A stretch of DNA of 63,993 nucleotides, counting the filler, from Lama guanicoe (taxonomy: Eukaryota), in NCBI GenBank assembly GCA_013239625.1. It is 76 parts of 73 records of this genome, joined end to end, with 100 filler letters (N's around TTAATTAATTAA, not from the genome) between each part and the next. Parts side by side here need not be neighbours in the genome. Positions count along the whole stretch, not along the records: positions 38,593 to 39,247 come from MU053223.1; positions 39,348 to 39,796 come from PNXV01000752.1; positions 39,897 to 40,386 come from MU053225.1; positions 40,487 to 40,984 come from PNXV01000755.1; positions 41,085 to 41,920 come from PNXV01000756.1; positions 42,021 to 42,463 come from PNXV01000759.1; positions 42,564 to 43,366 come from PNXV01000760.1; positions 43,467 to 43,963 come from PNXV01000761.1; 68 more parts are not named here. One strand, 5' to 3'. This document shows positions 38,593 to 51,745 of the stretch, in pieces. The notes beneath the pieces were generated by a model, which was given only the letters and a program-made list of their open reading frames with translations, did no database searches and was not told where the DNA came from. The position numbers and the translations under genes were made by a program. Within the stretch, counting starts at the first letter, position 1. Each line of letters starts with the position of its first letter.

Positions 38593-39247
38593 TGGAGTCT
38601 GTTTCCACACCTCCAGCACACACACGAACACTTTCACAGTTTTCCTGAGTGGGGGCAGCATCCTCCAACTGAGAGCAGGGCCATGGTTCTTATAAAATCG
38701 CTTAACTTGTCTACGCTGTTTGGTTGCCTGATACGGAGTGCTGGGGAAAGGGTGGGTTGGGCTCTAAATCCAAGTATTAGTGAGTGCTTCTCCATGGGAT
38801 TTGGAGGTTTTTAAGCAAAAACCCACAACATGTGAATACCTGTGCTCCTTGAAAATTGCATGGACCCAGTATCCCCACCTCCAGAACACACATGCAGAAG
38901 TGTTCTGGTATCCTGAATGTGGGCTGGCACTTTCAGGTGACAGAAGCGGCTGGGTTCTAATAGAATCCCTTAGCTTGTAATCCCTGAGTGTTTCCCTAGG
39001 ACTGACTCTGNNNNNNNNNNNNNNNNNNNNNNNNNNNNNNNNNNNNAAAAGTTGGGAGTGCCCCCCGAAGGACTGAGGAAGTATTTAGATGAATTCTCCA
39101 TAAAGGGAGACACCTAAGCACCCATTCATCTGCGTGGAGTGGGGCTTCAAACCCCCTCTCCACACAAGGTTGTGTTCCATTATCCTGACGGTGGGGTTGT
39201 TCCTTCAACTGACATCAGCGTCTTGGTTTTAATAGAATCCTTTTGCT
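38593..39247 (-). repeat. Satellite family C, reverse orientation
   Basis: 38593-38810 is the reverse complement of 9020-9232. Confidence 0.92.
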
Positions 39248-39896
39248 NNNNNNNNNNNNNNNNNNNNNNNNNNNNNNNNNNNNNNNNNNNNTTAATTAAT
39301 TAANNNNNNNNNNNNNNNNNNNNNNNNNNNNNNNNNNNNNNNNNNNNGAAATCCTGATGTGGTGAATGAACGAAGCAGTGGGAACAGGATACTCAACTCT
39401 TCTGTTGTACATTAATTGTCCATCTCTACTTCGACTTCCTTACCCCTTCTTCCCAACCTCTTTCATCTCATTTATACTGCTTCTCAGCATATGTTTACTT
39501 GATTTCATCTTCTTTTATATTACTGTACTTTTTATGTTATTTTTACTCTGCTTAGCCTCATGGGTTTTTACTTTTCAGTTTCCCAGGCCAGCAAACTTTT
39601 GCAGCCCTCATTCCATTATTTGAGGCTCCTATTCATTTAGCCTTTGATTTTCTCCACCTTAGGGGTTGGGCAAATGAAAATTTGCCCTCCAGGCACCCAC
39701 CTTGCAGCAGCCTCCAACTCAGGACTCACTGGTAGGCCCCAACACCCTGGCCACCTCCACCTCCCCAGTTACTATTTCTACTGCATTGCCAATGCANNNN
39801 NNNNNNNNNNNNNNNNNNNNNNNNNNNNNNNNNNNNNNNNTTAATTAATTAANNNNNNNNNNNNNNNNNNNNNNNNNNNNNNNNNNNNNNNNNNNN

Positions 39897-40103
39897 TATG
39901 CTGGGATGTTAAAATTGTAAAATAGATAAACAGGATTGTACTGTAAAGCACAGGGAAATATATAAAACTTCTTAAGGATGCTCATGGGGAAAAATGGGAC
40001 AGCAAATGTATATATGTTCATTGTAATTAAAAAATTGTTTTCTACAATGGAATTTGGAGACAACTATTTAAAATGATTAAAAATTAAAAAAAAGTTAAAA
40101 AAA
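39897..40103 (+). mobile_element. LINE-1 3' UTR with poly(A)
   Basis: actgtaaagcacagggaaatatat motif followed by an A-rich tail. Confidence 0.75.
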
Positions 40104-40116
40104 ANNNNNNNNNNNN

Positions 40117-40386
40117 AAAAACATGTCCCTAAATATTACAGGTGTAAATATAAATTAGAGAGAAAAACAACTATGCCAAAGAGCAGTAAAATCATAGATT
40201 TTGTTTTTGGTTTCTTCTTAAGATATGCAGAATCAAAAAACTTCTAGCCAGGTGCATCATGAAGAAAAGAGACATGCTTCAAAGAAAAAAAGTCAAAAAT
40301 AAATGTGGAGAAAAAACAATTGTTTCCTCAGATATACAAAAAGCGATCATTTTGTCAACTCTTACATGCCAATAAACTGGACAACT
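40117..40386 (+). mobile_element. LINE-1 ORF2 fragment (post-endonuclease region)
   Basis: tggtttctt..aagat, ctagccag and atgccaataaactggacaact. Confidence 0.7.
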
Positions 40387-41084
40387 NNNNNNNNNNNNNN
40401 NNNNNNNNNNNNNNNNNNNNNNNNNNNNNNTTAATTAATTAANNNNNNNNNNNNNNNNNNNNNNNNNNNNNNNNNNNNNNNNNNNNTTACCACATTCTTC
40501 ATACTAGATTACCATTATCAATGGCTCCATCCATATATAAGCACTGAAACTCACAAACCAGGGGCGAAATTCAAAGTCCACTGAGGGCGAGGAATCGAAG
40601 TTTGATTTTTCAAACTGCTGTAGAAATCAGTTTTTTTTTTATTGTCTCTTGTCCTGCTCTGGTCTCTCTCCAATGTATTCAAAGTCTGGAGGTCAAAAAC
40701 TTCCAAGATTCTGAACTCTTCTCTCTTATCACATGCAAGTTTCTTTTCATATCTTTCGAGGCCATCAGTAGTTTAGTTCCACAATTGCTATCCCATCCCA
40801 GGAGGTTTTCTCTATTCAGGGCAAACTAGGCACCTTACCTTGAAGGCCTCTAAAGGTCTCAACCATGTCTTTGCTTAGATTGAGATTTTTATTCATAATA
40901 ATACACCAATTCACACTATCCACCTATCACAATCTGGTTCCAATTTCAAATCCTGAAGTTATCCTTTTTCTTATCCTGAAACAGNNNNNNNNNNNNNNNN
41001 NNNNNNNNNNNNNNNNNNNNNNNNNNNNTTAATTAATTAANNNNNNNNNNNNNNNNNNNNNNNNNNNNNNNNNNNNNNNNNNNN

Positions 41085-41920
41085 TTTTTTATAGTTTTCT
41101 GTGTATAATTCTCTAACTTCTGTGGTTAGATTTGTTCCTAGATATTTTATTATTTTGGCTGTTATTTTAAAGGGGATTGTTTCTTTACTTCTTTTTCTGT
41201 TGATTCATCATTAGTGTAAAGAAATGCTACTGATTTTTGAACATTAATCTTGTAACCTGCTACCTTATAAATCCTTCGATCAGCTCTAGTAGCATTTGTG
41301 TGGACCTTTTAGGGTTTTCTAGATATAGTATCATGTCATCTGCATATAGTGACACTATTACCTCTTCTTTTCCAATTTAGAGCCCTTTTACTTTTCTTAC
41401 TTGCCTGATTGCTCTATCTAGGACTTCCATGTCTATGATGGATAGAAGTGGTGATAGTGGGCTTCCTTGTCTTGTCCCAGATTTTAGTGAGAATCTTTTG
41501 AGTTTTTCACCCTTCAGTGCAATGCTGGCTGTAGGTTTGCCATATATAGCTTTTATGATGTTGAGTTATGTTCCCTCAATACCCACATTGGTGAGAATTT
41601 TTATCACAAATGGGTGTTGAATTTTATCAAAAGCTTTTCTGCATCTTTTGAGATGATCATGTGGTTTTTGTCCTTTTTCTTGTTGATGTGAAGTATTACA
41701 TTGATTGATTTGCATATGTTGAAAACATTGATTGATTTGCATATGTTGAACCACCCTTGTGTCCCTGAGATGAACCCAATTTGAGCATGATATATAATCT
41801 TTTTTATATGCTGTTGGATTCTATTTGCTAGTATAGTGGTAAGGACTTTTTGCATCTCTGTTCATCAGTGGTATTGGTCTGTAATTCTCTTCTTTCCTGG
41901 TGTTTTTGCCTGGTTTTGGT
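41085..41920 (-). mobile_element. LINE-1 ORF2 RT fragment
   Basis: [56 protein letters not shown]; internal 27-bp tandem duplication near 41698-41750. Confidence 0.95.
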
Positions 41921-43529
41921 NNNNNNNNNNNNNNNNNNNNNNNNNNNNNNNNNNNNNNNNNNNNTTAATTAATTAANNNNNNNNNNNNNNNNNNNNNNNN
42001 NNNNNNNNNNNNNNNNNNNNTTCCTGGTGATTCTATGATGAGAGAATTATTTTTTCTTTCACTGACTTTAGGGAATGGCTTCTGCTAAACCTTGGCCTCG
42101 TCTCTTACAGAACCATAGACTTCATAAAATGTTCTAAGAAACAGGTTAAATGAGCTCCTCTACTTTTAGCAGTTTGTTTCCACACTATATAATCTCATCT
42201 CAACGATTCTATAAATAGATCTCTTCAGAAGTGGCGCCTCACATAACAGGGACCTATTTTGATACTAGTGGGGTTCATAAGCTAATTTTCAGTGGCAATC
42301 TCCTGTATTTATACCAAATATATTTGGGGCAGAATTAGTGCTGAATTTATGGTACTCATTTAAAGAACACTTTTGTTTGTTAATATTAAATTTGCCATTT
42401 TATGCTTATAATTATTTTAGAACTGCATCTTGCCTAAGAACCGAGGATATTTCCATTGTAAAANNNNNNNNNNNNNNNNNNNNNNNNNNNNNNNNNNNNN
42501 NNNNNNNTTAATTAATTAANNNNNNNNNNNNNNNNNNNNNNNNNNNNNNNNNNNNNNNNNNNNTTCTCACATCTCTTTCAAGAAAGTATCATTAATATAA
42601 TCGTTGTATGACATTCAAGTAAGTTAAATACTTTATTCAAAACCACACAAATAAATGAGAGAGGATAGATTTGAAGACATTTCTAGAATTACCAAGACCA
42701 TTTTCTCTCTAATAGACAATATTTGTATCCTTGAAGAACTTCCCAGTGAAATGAGTCTCATGACCTATCCTTCCAGTATGATTCAGTTACAACTGGGAAA
42801 CTTGGTAACTGGAAACAAATTAAAGAAATATTTATTTTCTAAATAATCTTCTTTACTTTCCTCAAACATTGCATCACTGTTTCACTTCTCATTCAATGAT
42901 TGCTAAAAAATAATAGCTACTAACTAACGAGGACTTCATAGTAATCCTTATTGTCATTATTATTATTATTATTATTACCATCATCATCATCTTCCTGATA
43001 CAACTGAGAACACAAAGACATGGAGATGTTAAGTGATCTGTGCAAGAACACACACACTGTTTTCAGTTAAACTAAAAAGAAAATTATTTGTGTGTGTTTG
43101 TATGTATGCTTTGTTTTGTTTTGTTTCACTTCAAAACGTTCCAAGATCTTGAGGCCTCTGGGTAATTTCTACTTCATCCTTCCTCTCACCAGTCTCCTTT
43201 GGGACTCATCTCCTTGTGCAGCTATGACACGGGTGACCAGATGATGTCACACAAACCTCACATCAGTTGCTTTATGCATATTGTCTGTCATCATCTGTCA
43301 CCATGCCTTCATCTCTGTTCTTCTCACAACCCACCCCTGCCTCCTCCTCCATGGATACATGCCCCGNNNNNNNNNNNNNNNNNNNNNNNNNNNNNNNNNN
43401 NNNNNNNNNNTTAATTAATTAANNNNNNNNNNNNNNNNNNNNNNNNNNNNNNNNNNNNNNNNNNNNACCCTCAGTGAGGCAGGTGAACAGTGCAGGGAGT
43501 CAGCGTGACAGAGCGAGGACACACTTGGG

Positions 43530-43693
43530 CTCAATGTTGATACTTAGAGTCATGGCTCAGCCAACTGAGAGTCAGTCAGCCTCTCTGTGGGCTCAGTTTC
43601 CTTGTCTGTAAAATGGAGTTGATAGCTGTCCCTATCTCAGAGGACTCTCATGAGATATAATATTTTAATTCCTGTAAATCCCTTTAAACAATA
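43530..43693 (+). mobile_element. MIR SINE fragment
   Basis: cctctctgtgggctcagtttccttgtctgtaaaatgga core. Confidence 0.75.
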
Positions 43694-43963
43694 TCTGACA
43701 CAAAGAAAAACAGCATATGATATTTATCGAATCTAAAGAAAGATATAAATGAACTTATTTACAAAACAAAAACTGACTTACATGCATACAAAACAAATTT
43801 ATGATTACCAAAGGGGAAAGTGGAGGAAAGAAAAATTAGGAGTTTGGGATTAGCAGTTACAAACTATGCTGTATTAAATAGGTCAACAACCAGGTCCCAC
43901 TGCACAGCGCAGGAAACGATAGTCAGTGTCTTGTAATTCTGATAATGACAAAGAACATGTACA
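43694..43963 (+). mobile_element. LINE-1 3' region
   Basis: ataaatgaacttatttacaaaaca, gattaccaaaggggaaag and aaattaggagtttgggattagcag. Confidence 0.85.
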
Positions 43964-44063
43964 NNNNNNNNNNNNNNNNNNNNNNNNNNNNNNNNNNNNN
44001 NNNNNNNTTAATTAATTAANNNNNNNNNNNNNNNNNNNNNNNNNNNNNNNNNNNNNNNNNNNN

Positions 44064-44946
44064 ACACACAATTTAGAATATAGAATACAGAATACTGAAT
44101 AAAGAATATAAAATATAGAAAGTTTACAACAGTATATTAAATATAGTATACGGAATGCAGAATATAGAATACAGAATATAGAATCTAGAACACAGAATAT
44201 AGTATATGGTAAACAGAAATCATAACACAGAACTTAGAACATGGATGCAGAACACAGAATTTAGAATATAGAATACTGTATTCTGAATATTGAATTTAGA
44301 ACATAAAATTCAGAACACAGTATATATAAAAGAGTATACAGAACCCAGAAATTAAAACATGGAATCCAGAAAAGAGAATTTAGAATATAGAATACAGAAT
44401 ACTAAAAATAGGATTGAGGATATACAATGCAGAACACAGAATAGAGAATAGAGAATAGAGAATATAGAAAGCAGAATTTAGAACAAGGAATTCAGTACAC
44501 AGAATTTAGATTATAGAATACANNNNNNNNNNNNNNNNNNNNNNNNNNNNNNNNNNNNNNNNNNNNNNNNNNNNNNNNNNNNNNNNNNNNNNNNNNNNNN
44601 NNNNNNNNNNNNNNNNNNNNNNNNNNNNNNNNNNNNNNNNNNNNNNNNNNNACATGGAATGCAGTACACAGAATTTAGAATATACAATACAGAACACTGA
44701 ATATAGGATTAAGAATATAGAATGTAGAACACAGAATTTAGAATAACCAATAGGAATGCAGAATACAGAGTGAAGAATATAGAATGGAGTACACAAAATA
44801 TTGAATATAGACTACAGAATATAGAAGCCAGAATTTAGATAATGGAATGCAGAAAAATGAATTTAGAATATAGAATACAGAATACTGAATGCAGAACTTA
44901 GGATATAGCATGAAGAACACAGAATATAGAATATAGAATAGAGAAT
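44064..44946 (-). repeat. Heptamer satellite D
   Basis: Heptamer iteration. Confidence 0.95.
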
Positions 44947-45046
44947 NNNNNNNNNNNNNNNNNNNNNNNNNNNNNNNNNNNNNNNNNNNNTTAATTAATT
45001 AANNNNNNNNNNNNNNNNNNNNNNNNNNNNNNNNNNNNNNNNNNNN

Positions 45047-45556
45047 TGCAGCACAGGTTTCTGGACCTGATCGATTGTCGGCTGGCACCGACACTCTTGT
45101 GCATGTCGTGCCCTTGACTCCCAACGAAACCTTCTGGCCAATGTTGGCATTTCAAGGGGTAACATCCCTCTCTAGGAAAATAGAAGACAAAACAAACCAA
45201 ATATATACATTTAGGTTTGAATCCAAAAGCACCTAGAGGCATTATAGCTATGAAAACCCTGCTGAAGCTGTGCTAGTCTACTGAGAAACAGGTGTTCTTC
45301 TATCAGCGATGAGAACGCTTAAATATCCGATCATGTTGGGTAAAGCATTTTAACGCAACCAATCTGCACCCCCATGATATAGTGCACCTGGAGGCTTGAA
45401 TCAAGTAAAAGACGGTCCACATAAACTGTGTCTTTAATGTCATTGGCGACTTTAACAGATCAGTTCACTATCTGACTTATAATATTAACCTTTAATGTAT
45501 TGAAAAGTGGAGGCCTAATGCATATTCAAGTTCAGTCAAAGATTCCCCTCACTTAC
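45047..45556 (-). other. Paralog of the intron and exon at 649-1091
   Basis: Shared tggcatttcaaggggtaacatccctctct, aaaacaaaccaaatatatacatttaggtttgaat and ccctcacttac; acceptor cctag| at 45172. Confidence 0.85.
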
Positions 45557-45656
45557 NNNNNNNNNNNNNNNNNNNNNNNNNNNNNNNNNNNNNNNNNNNN
45601 TTAATTAATTAANNNNNNNNNNNNNNNNNNNNNNNNNNNNNNNNNNNNNNNNNNNN

Positions 45657-46474
45657 GCAGCAGAGGAGAGCTGCATCTGACCCCGTGTTAGGAGGAGGCG
45701 AGATCGGCTTGCAGACAGGTGCTGGGAGCAGCACAGAAGAGGGCGCCAAGGGAGGGCCTATGAAAACAAGCTGAGCTTCCAAAACAGGACGAAGACAGAA
45801 GGACATCACATTAAAAGCACACACACTCCAGGAGAACACCGACAACCCCTTTTTTTTTGGTTTTGTTTTTTNNNNNNNNNNNNNNNNNNNNNNNNGTTTT
45901 TACCTGTTCTATTTTCAATTACTCTCTTAATTTTTACTTCTTAATTCATTTCTATTTCTCTTGGGTTTTGATGTCCTGTTATTCATTAGACACAGGCTTC
46001 AAATACATCTATTCATCTCCCCACCCTTTATTTTTCTTTTTTTTAAAAGGATTTAAAAGGACGTCTCAACCTGATTAATACTCTGCTTCAACTCGCTCTT
46101 CTATTATTCATTATACACTGTTTTCAAACCCTCTTTCTCCCTTCTTTTAAAAATCTTTCTCTCTCTCTCTTATTATTTCTTTCTTTTTTTCCTAAGTTCT
46201 ATTCATAAATAGGCATTNNNNNNNNNNNNNNNNNNNNNNNNNNNNNNNACAACTGATACTCCATAAACCACAGTGCCAGAGAGGTATGAGCAAGATGAAG
46301 AAGCAGAGAAACCTTTCCCAATTAAAAGAACAAGAGGAATCCCCTGAAAGAAAGCTCAATGTAATAGACATCGATAGCCTATTAGATCAAAATTTCAGAA
46401 AAGGAGTGATCAAATTGCTGAAGGAATTAGAGAAATAAAATATGTCAAAAATGAAATTGAAGCTATAAAGAAGA
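45657..46474 (+). mobile_element. LINE-1 5'UTR and start of ORF1 (ATG at 46286)
   Basis: MSKMKKQRNLSQLKEQEESPERKLNVIDIDSLLDQNFRKGVIKLLKEL, preceded by a T-rich 5'UTR segment. Confidence 0.85.
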
Positions 46475-47461
46475 NNNNNNNNNNNNNNNNNNNNNNNNNN
46501 NNNNNNNNNNNNNNNNNNTTAATTAATTAANNNNNNNNNNNNNNNNNNNNNNNNNNNNNNNNNNNNNNNNNNNNTACCAAATGAGTTGATAAACCAGAGT
46601 TCCACAGCATATTAAGAAAAATAATAAGAAAGAAAACTATTGAACAAAGTCCTCAGAATGTGAATTCACTCCATTCTTCCTCAGACCCTTTGTCCCTGAT
46701 TGTCCTTCTGTTTGGAGTGATTTTCCCCCACTAACCTCATTGCTCATGCCTTTATTTCTTCCTAGTCTCTGCTCCTAGAGAAACATGTGCACTTGTGAAT
46801 AAAGAGGAAGGCTCAAAATGGGTTATTGTAGTGTTGCATTTCGTAGATTCAAAAACCCCAACAGCTTAGCTGTTTATCAACAGAAGAATGGATGTATAAA
46901 TGGTAGTCTAACCATATGTGGGGCATACTGGATCAGAAGGGCGTATGGTATAATAAGACCTACAAGATTTATTATTGAGTTTACAAAACAAGTTACAGAA
47001 AGGTTTGCCCAAAATGTGTATTTGTATCATAATGAAATATAAATAAAATGCTACTTTTTTTTTGTTTATTCAAATCTACAGAAAACAGCCTGGAAGCATC
47101 AACTCCAAATTGACGAAGATGAGGAGAGAACTAGGGTAATAAGTGATGAAAGGATCAGAATAGCCAGCGGTAGTCAAAGGGGAGTTTAATCTCTACAATG
47201 TTTTATCACTTTTAATCATTCATATATTCATGAATTCTTCCTATTGTTAAAGTTAATAAAACGTAATAAAAAGCCATCCTAAGAGTTTATGCATACTCTT
47301 TTCTGTTCTTCTCTTCAAAAAAGAAGGAAGGAGAAAAAAACTACCTTGTTCATAAGATTTTATTCAACCATCCCATGTGTAAGCATTTCTCTCTCTTTGG
47401 GATCATAAAGCATTTAGTTTCCATTCTGTTTAGGATCCTATGCTTTGACTCTATTATAGTT

Positions 47462-47497
47462 ACATATATATATGTATATATATATATGCACACACAC

Positions 47498-47536
<39 letters not shown>

Positions 47537-47537
47537 T
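47462..47537. repeat. (TA)n/(CA)n microsatellite
   Basis: Directly visible. Confidence 0.95.
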
Positions 47538-48389
47538 NNNNNNNNNNNNNNNNNNNNNNNNNNNNNNNNNNNNNNNNNNNNTTAATTAATTAANNNNNNN
47601 NNNNNNNNNNNNNNNNNNNNNNNNNNNNNNNNNNNNNAACCACACACGAGTCTTACATTCTCACTAGAAAAGCATTTTCATAAAACGATGGGTCAAGAGT
47701 TTTCAGGCTAAGTGGTAGGACGTTGTGTCTTGCAGGATTGAGCAAATAAATATACTGTGGATACTAAGAGCAAGTTTTTCACTTTCTGAGAAAGGAGCTA
47801 CAAAAAAGGGGGGGGGGACAGAGATAAGCCATGGTGGACTTTAAAGGGTCGGTGCAAACTCGTGCTCTTCAGTACTGTCCACATGCAGGAGAGAGAGGCT
47901 AACGGACACAGACGCACGTGCTTCTGTGCCTACTTCCCTGCCTCTGTCCACCGGGAGGATCGAGCAGCAACGAGAACAAGCAGCAGTCAGCACTCCTGGC
48001 ACCACATCTTCGTTTGTAGCTACATTCTCCAGGACTGTACCATTTGTACATTGGTACCATTCTCAAGTCTAGGTACCAGGACTTAGTAAAATGGCTGGGT
48101 CCAGGACAGGGGCACAGAAAGACCAAGATGGTCTTGGGACATCGTGTGGCACCAGAAAGTGAAGTACTTAAAAAGAAAGAGGGTCTTATTAAAGATACTG
48201 GAGCCAGCCTGAAGGAGCTCCATACTGGGGACAACCCGAGCAACTATATAAACAGTATTATTGAACTAGAACCATGAGAAAAAATATGTGTCAGTGAGCA
48301 ATACTAACAAAACAAATGACTAGGGGCAAAGGTATCAACTCCTCCTTACTGTGACAATCTAAACTTTTTTTTTACACATTAAAAAAAAA

Positions 48390-48453
48390 TTGGGGCAGGG
48401 GAGCTAATTAGGTTTATTTATTTAATGGAGGCACTAGGGATTGAACCCAGGAC
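48390..48453 (-). mobile_element. Camelid-type tRNA-derived SINE fragment
   Basis: ggggagctaattaggtttatttatttaatggaggcactagggattgaacccaggac (reverse B-box GGTTCAATCC), truncated by the scaffold end. Confidence 0.7.
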
Positions 48454-49548
48454 NNNNNNNNNNNNNNNNNNNNNNNNNNNNNNNNNNNNNNNNNNNNTTA
48501 ATTAATTAANNNNNNNNNNNNNNNNNNNNNNNNNNNNNNNNNNNNNNNNNNNNCCTGCAAGATGACCTGCTGAAATAAGTTTAGAAAATGCTTCAAATCC
48601 TGTAAGATGAAACACAAAAGCTACAAGATGATCTATGTCCAAGTAAATTTAGAAAACTCTTCATGCTGTGTCCTCCTCTTGCAAAATCACAAAGGCCATT
48701 GACATAATAAAGGTTCCAAAAAGACTTGAAGTAAAGAAACACACAATATTGTATAACAAAACATGGCCTATAAGTGTTTGACCCATGATCTCTTGTTTTC
48801 CCCAAAGTAACATCTACTAACAAGCAGTGGAACACAGTTTGAAAATGCTGGCACATTGTGATTTGATCACACTAACCAAGTAAAGTAAATGGACTGACCC
48901 AGCCCATTGCCCTCATATTTCCTGCCCTCTCCCCCCGACAGCGCACCTCCTGAGGGTCCCGTGACTTGCAGTCACTGTTCCTCATGAGCAGCATGTTCCT
49001 TCCCACGTGTCTTTGGCTCCCTTTACCTGAAATGNNNNNNNNNNNNNNNNNNNNNNNNNNNNNNNNNNNNNNNNNNNNTTAATTAATTAANNNNNNNNNN
49101 NNNNNNNNNNNNNNNNNNNNNNNNNNNNNNNNNNCACCTTTATGAACATAAAAGTGGGCTCTTAAAAATACATTAGTATATAGTAAAGTGGTAGAGGATA
49201 TATAGAATGGTGTGCCATCAAAGTATGTGTGGCATGGCACAGAAAGAAAGTTTAAAAGTTTGTTCATGTGGATTTTTTCTGATTGTTCAGTTTGAAAAAA
49301 AAAAAAAGCTTCACGGAGAGGTAGGAACTAAATTGTTCCTTGAACTATAGTAAATGAGAAACTCAAAGTATGAATTAATGTGCAAGATGGTGCTTGTTTG
49401 ATACAGATTTACTGGCTGTTAATGCAAGATTCTTGAATAGATATTGTTCAATATTAATTATGAAAGCCACAGTTTCTTTAAAATTAGGCATTGTTATTCT
49501 TTTGAACCTCTTCCATCACTCCAGTCAACTCTAGTCTATCTATAAGGT

Positions 49549-49698
49549 TGTATTAGCTTTCCATTGCTGCTGTAACAAATTACTACCAACAGTGTTTCCA
49601 AACAACACAAATTTTTTATCTTACAGTTCTGGATGTCAGAATTTCAAAGTTAGTTTCACTGATGACAATCAATGTGTCAGCAGAACTGTGTTTCTTCT
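49549..49698. mobile_element. MaLR (MLT1-type) LTR fragment
   Basis: tgtattag.tt..cattgctgctgtaacaaattac..aaacaacacaaatt..tcttacagttctgga. Confidence 0.85.
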
Positions 49699-50505
49699 NN
49701 NNNNNNNNNNNNNNNNNNNNNNNNNNNNNNNNNNNNNNNNNNTTAATTAATTAANNNNNNNNNNNNNNNNNNNNNNNNNNNNNNNNNNNNNNNNNNNNTG
49801 TATCTTTACCTCAGTTTTGGCTTTCATGAACCCGAGTAATCTTAGTAACCCCTTCCACCATAGGATCTAAGGGGATGTCGTATATATTCCCTTTCCTCTC
49901 TTTCTTTGCTCTAGCACCTGGTACATGATCCAGACATGGTCAGTGAGATTCATATGTCCTGTATTTTACTTCTTGAGGGGGTGAAACAAAGGTCAGACTC
50001 AGACTGTGATTTTGTCTATGGTTGTAGCTGAGCGGAGAGTCTACATGTGCCTTTAAAAGTACTGAGAGTACATAGTGTCTACACTGGGTCCAGAGCCAAC
50101 CAGTGATGGACATGGTGTCGGCAGGGGCCACACCTTGAGATTGCTCCTGGGCAGCAAGAGTAGCACTTTTTGGATCCTGGCACAGGTTGATTTTGTAGAT
50201 TTTCTCTGAATTCTGTAATCTACCAGAGTCCTTTACAACTGATTTCTCTTGGGCCTATTCAGAATCAATGTCTGCTCTTTGCAACCTCAGTCCTCTGGTG
50301 ATATTCTTACAGGACCATGGAGAATGATCTCTTTTATATAGCAACATCATGTGTTTATTACAGTTTCCAAAGAAAACTGAGTAACCAGTTTGCTCCAATT
50401 GTGCANNNNNNNNNNNNNNNNNNNNNNNNNNNNNNNNNNNNNNNNNNNNTTAATTAATTAANNNNNNNNNNNNNNNNNNNNNNNNNNNNNNNNNNNNNNN
50501 NNNNN

Positions 50506-50790
50506 CCCCTCTTCAGTTTTTTTGGAAGAGTCTGAGAAGAGATGGTGTAAGTTCTGTGTATGTTTGAATACACCACATCAACAAAAGAAAGGACAAAAAT
50601 CATGTGATCATTTCAATGGATGCTGAAAAATCAAAGAATTGAGATTCCATTCAGGATAAAAACTCCTACCAAAATGGATACAGAGGGAACATATCTTGAC
50701 ATAATAAAAGTTATTTATGAGAAACTGGCAGCCAACATAATGCTGTACAGTGAAAAGCTGAGAGCCTTCCCACTAAAATCTGGAACAAAA
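50506..50790. mobile_element. LINE-1 with internal inversion junction at 50567/50568
   Basis: 50506-50567 is antisense ORF2 (LLRLFQK region); from 50568 it is sense ORF2 (IHHINKRKDKNHVIISMDAEK). Confidence 0.8.
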
Positions 50791-51124
50791 AGAATAACCA
50801 TTACTCACTTCCAAAAAAAAAAAATTAGCAAAGGTCATTATGGAGAATGTTATTTCTATTTTTTCAAAGTCATAAAAGGCCTAAGTATATGTGTAATATG
50901 CCATAATTGTGCATTAGAAGAAGCATGATTATAAACAGTACTTTTCTTCCAAGTATTTTAATGCGATTTCAATCCAAATCTCAACAAGATTTAATCATGG
51001 AGCTTGATACTGTGATCCCCAAATNNNNNNNNNNNNNNNNNNNNNNNNNNNNNNNNNNNNNNNNNNNNTTAATTAATTAANNNNNNNNNNNNNNNNNNNN
51101 NNNNNNNNNNNNNNNNNNNNNNNN

Positions 51125-51745
51125 CATTCAGGCCTGAAGATTTCTTTTGTAGAGATACATTCTTAGAATAAATCAATGTGTATTATAATTATAGGCCCCT
51201 TCTACTTAACTATTTAATTTGGGATGACTTTCGGTAGTTGAAAGTTTTCAAGGAATCGGTCCATTTTTCAAAGTTGTTGAATGTAATTGTTTATTCTTCC
51301 AATATCTGTTTGGTCAGTAGTAATATCCACTCTTATTCTTGGCATGGGTAATTTTTGTCTTCTCTCTTTTTCCCTTGACAATCTCACTAAAGTTTTATCC
51401 ATTTTCTTGATCTTTTCAAAGAACTAGTTTTGATTTTTTTAATTATTTTTCATTCCTTTTTCTCTGCTTAGTTTATAGATTCTTAAGATGAAAGCTTGAG
51501 CTATTATTTGAGACATTTCTTCTTTTGTAATATGAGCATTTAATACGAAGTTCTCTCTCAATATTTCATTACTGTCATCGTACATATGTTTACTTGCTAT
51601 ATGTTTATTTTCATTTAGTTAAAAATATTTTCTAATTTTTCTTCAGATTTCCTCTTTGTGTTACAGCTTATGTAAGAGTGTGATGTGTACTTTCTTAATG
51701 TCTGGTGATTTTCCTGTTACACTTTTGCTGTTGATTTCTAGTTTA
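51125..51745 (-). mobile_element. Old L1 (L1M-type) ORF2 fragment
   Basis: ttttcaaggaat.ggtccattt, ttgatcttttcaaagaactagtttt and gttgatttctagttta. Confidence 0.75.

Noticed and set aside
48554..48620. Possible exon start on the minus strand (catcttacag|GATTTGAAGCAT..)
   Set aside because: Only ~45 bp before the scaffold end; gene not recognisable
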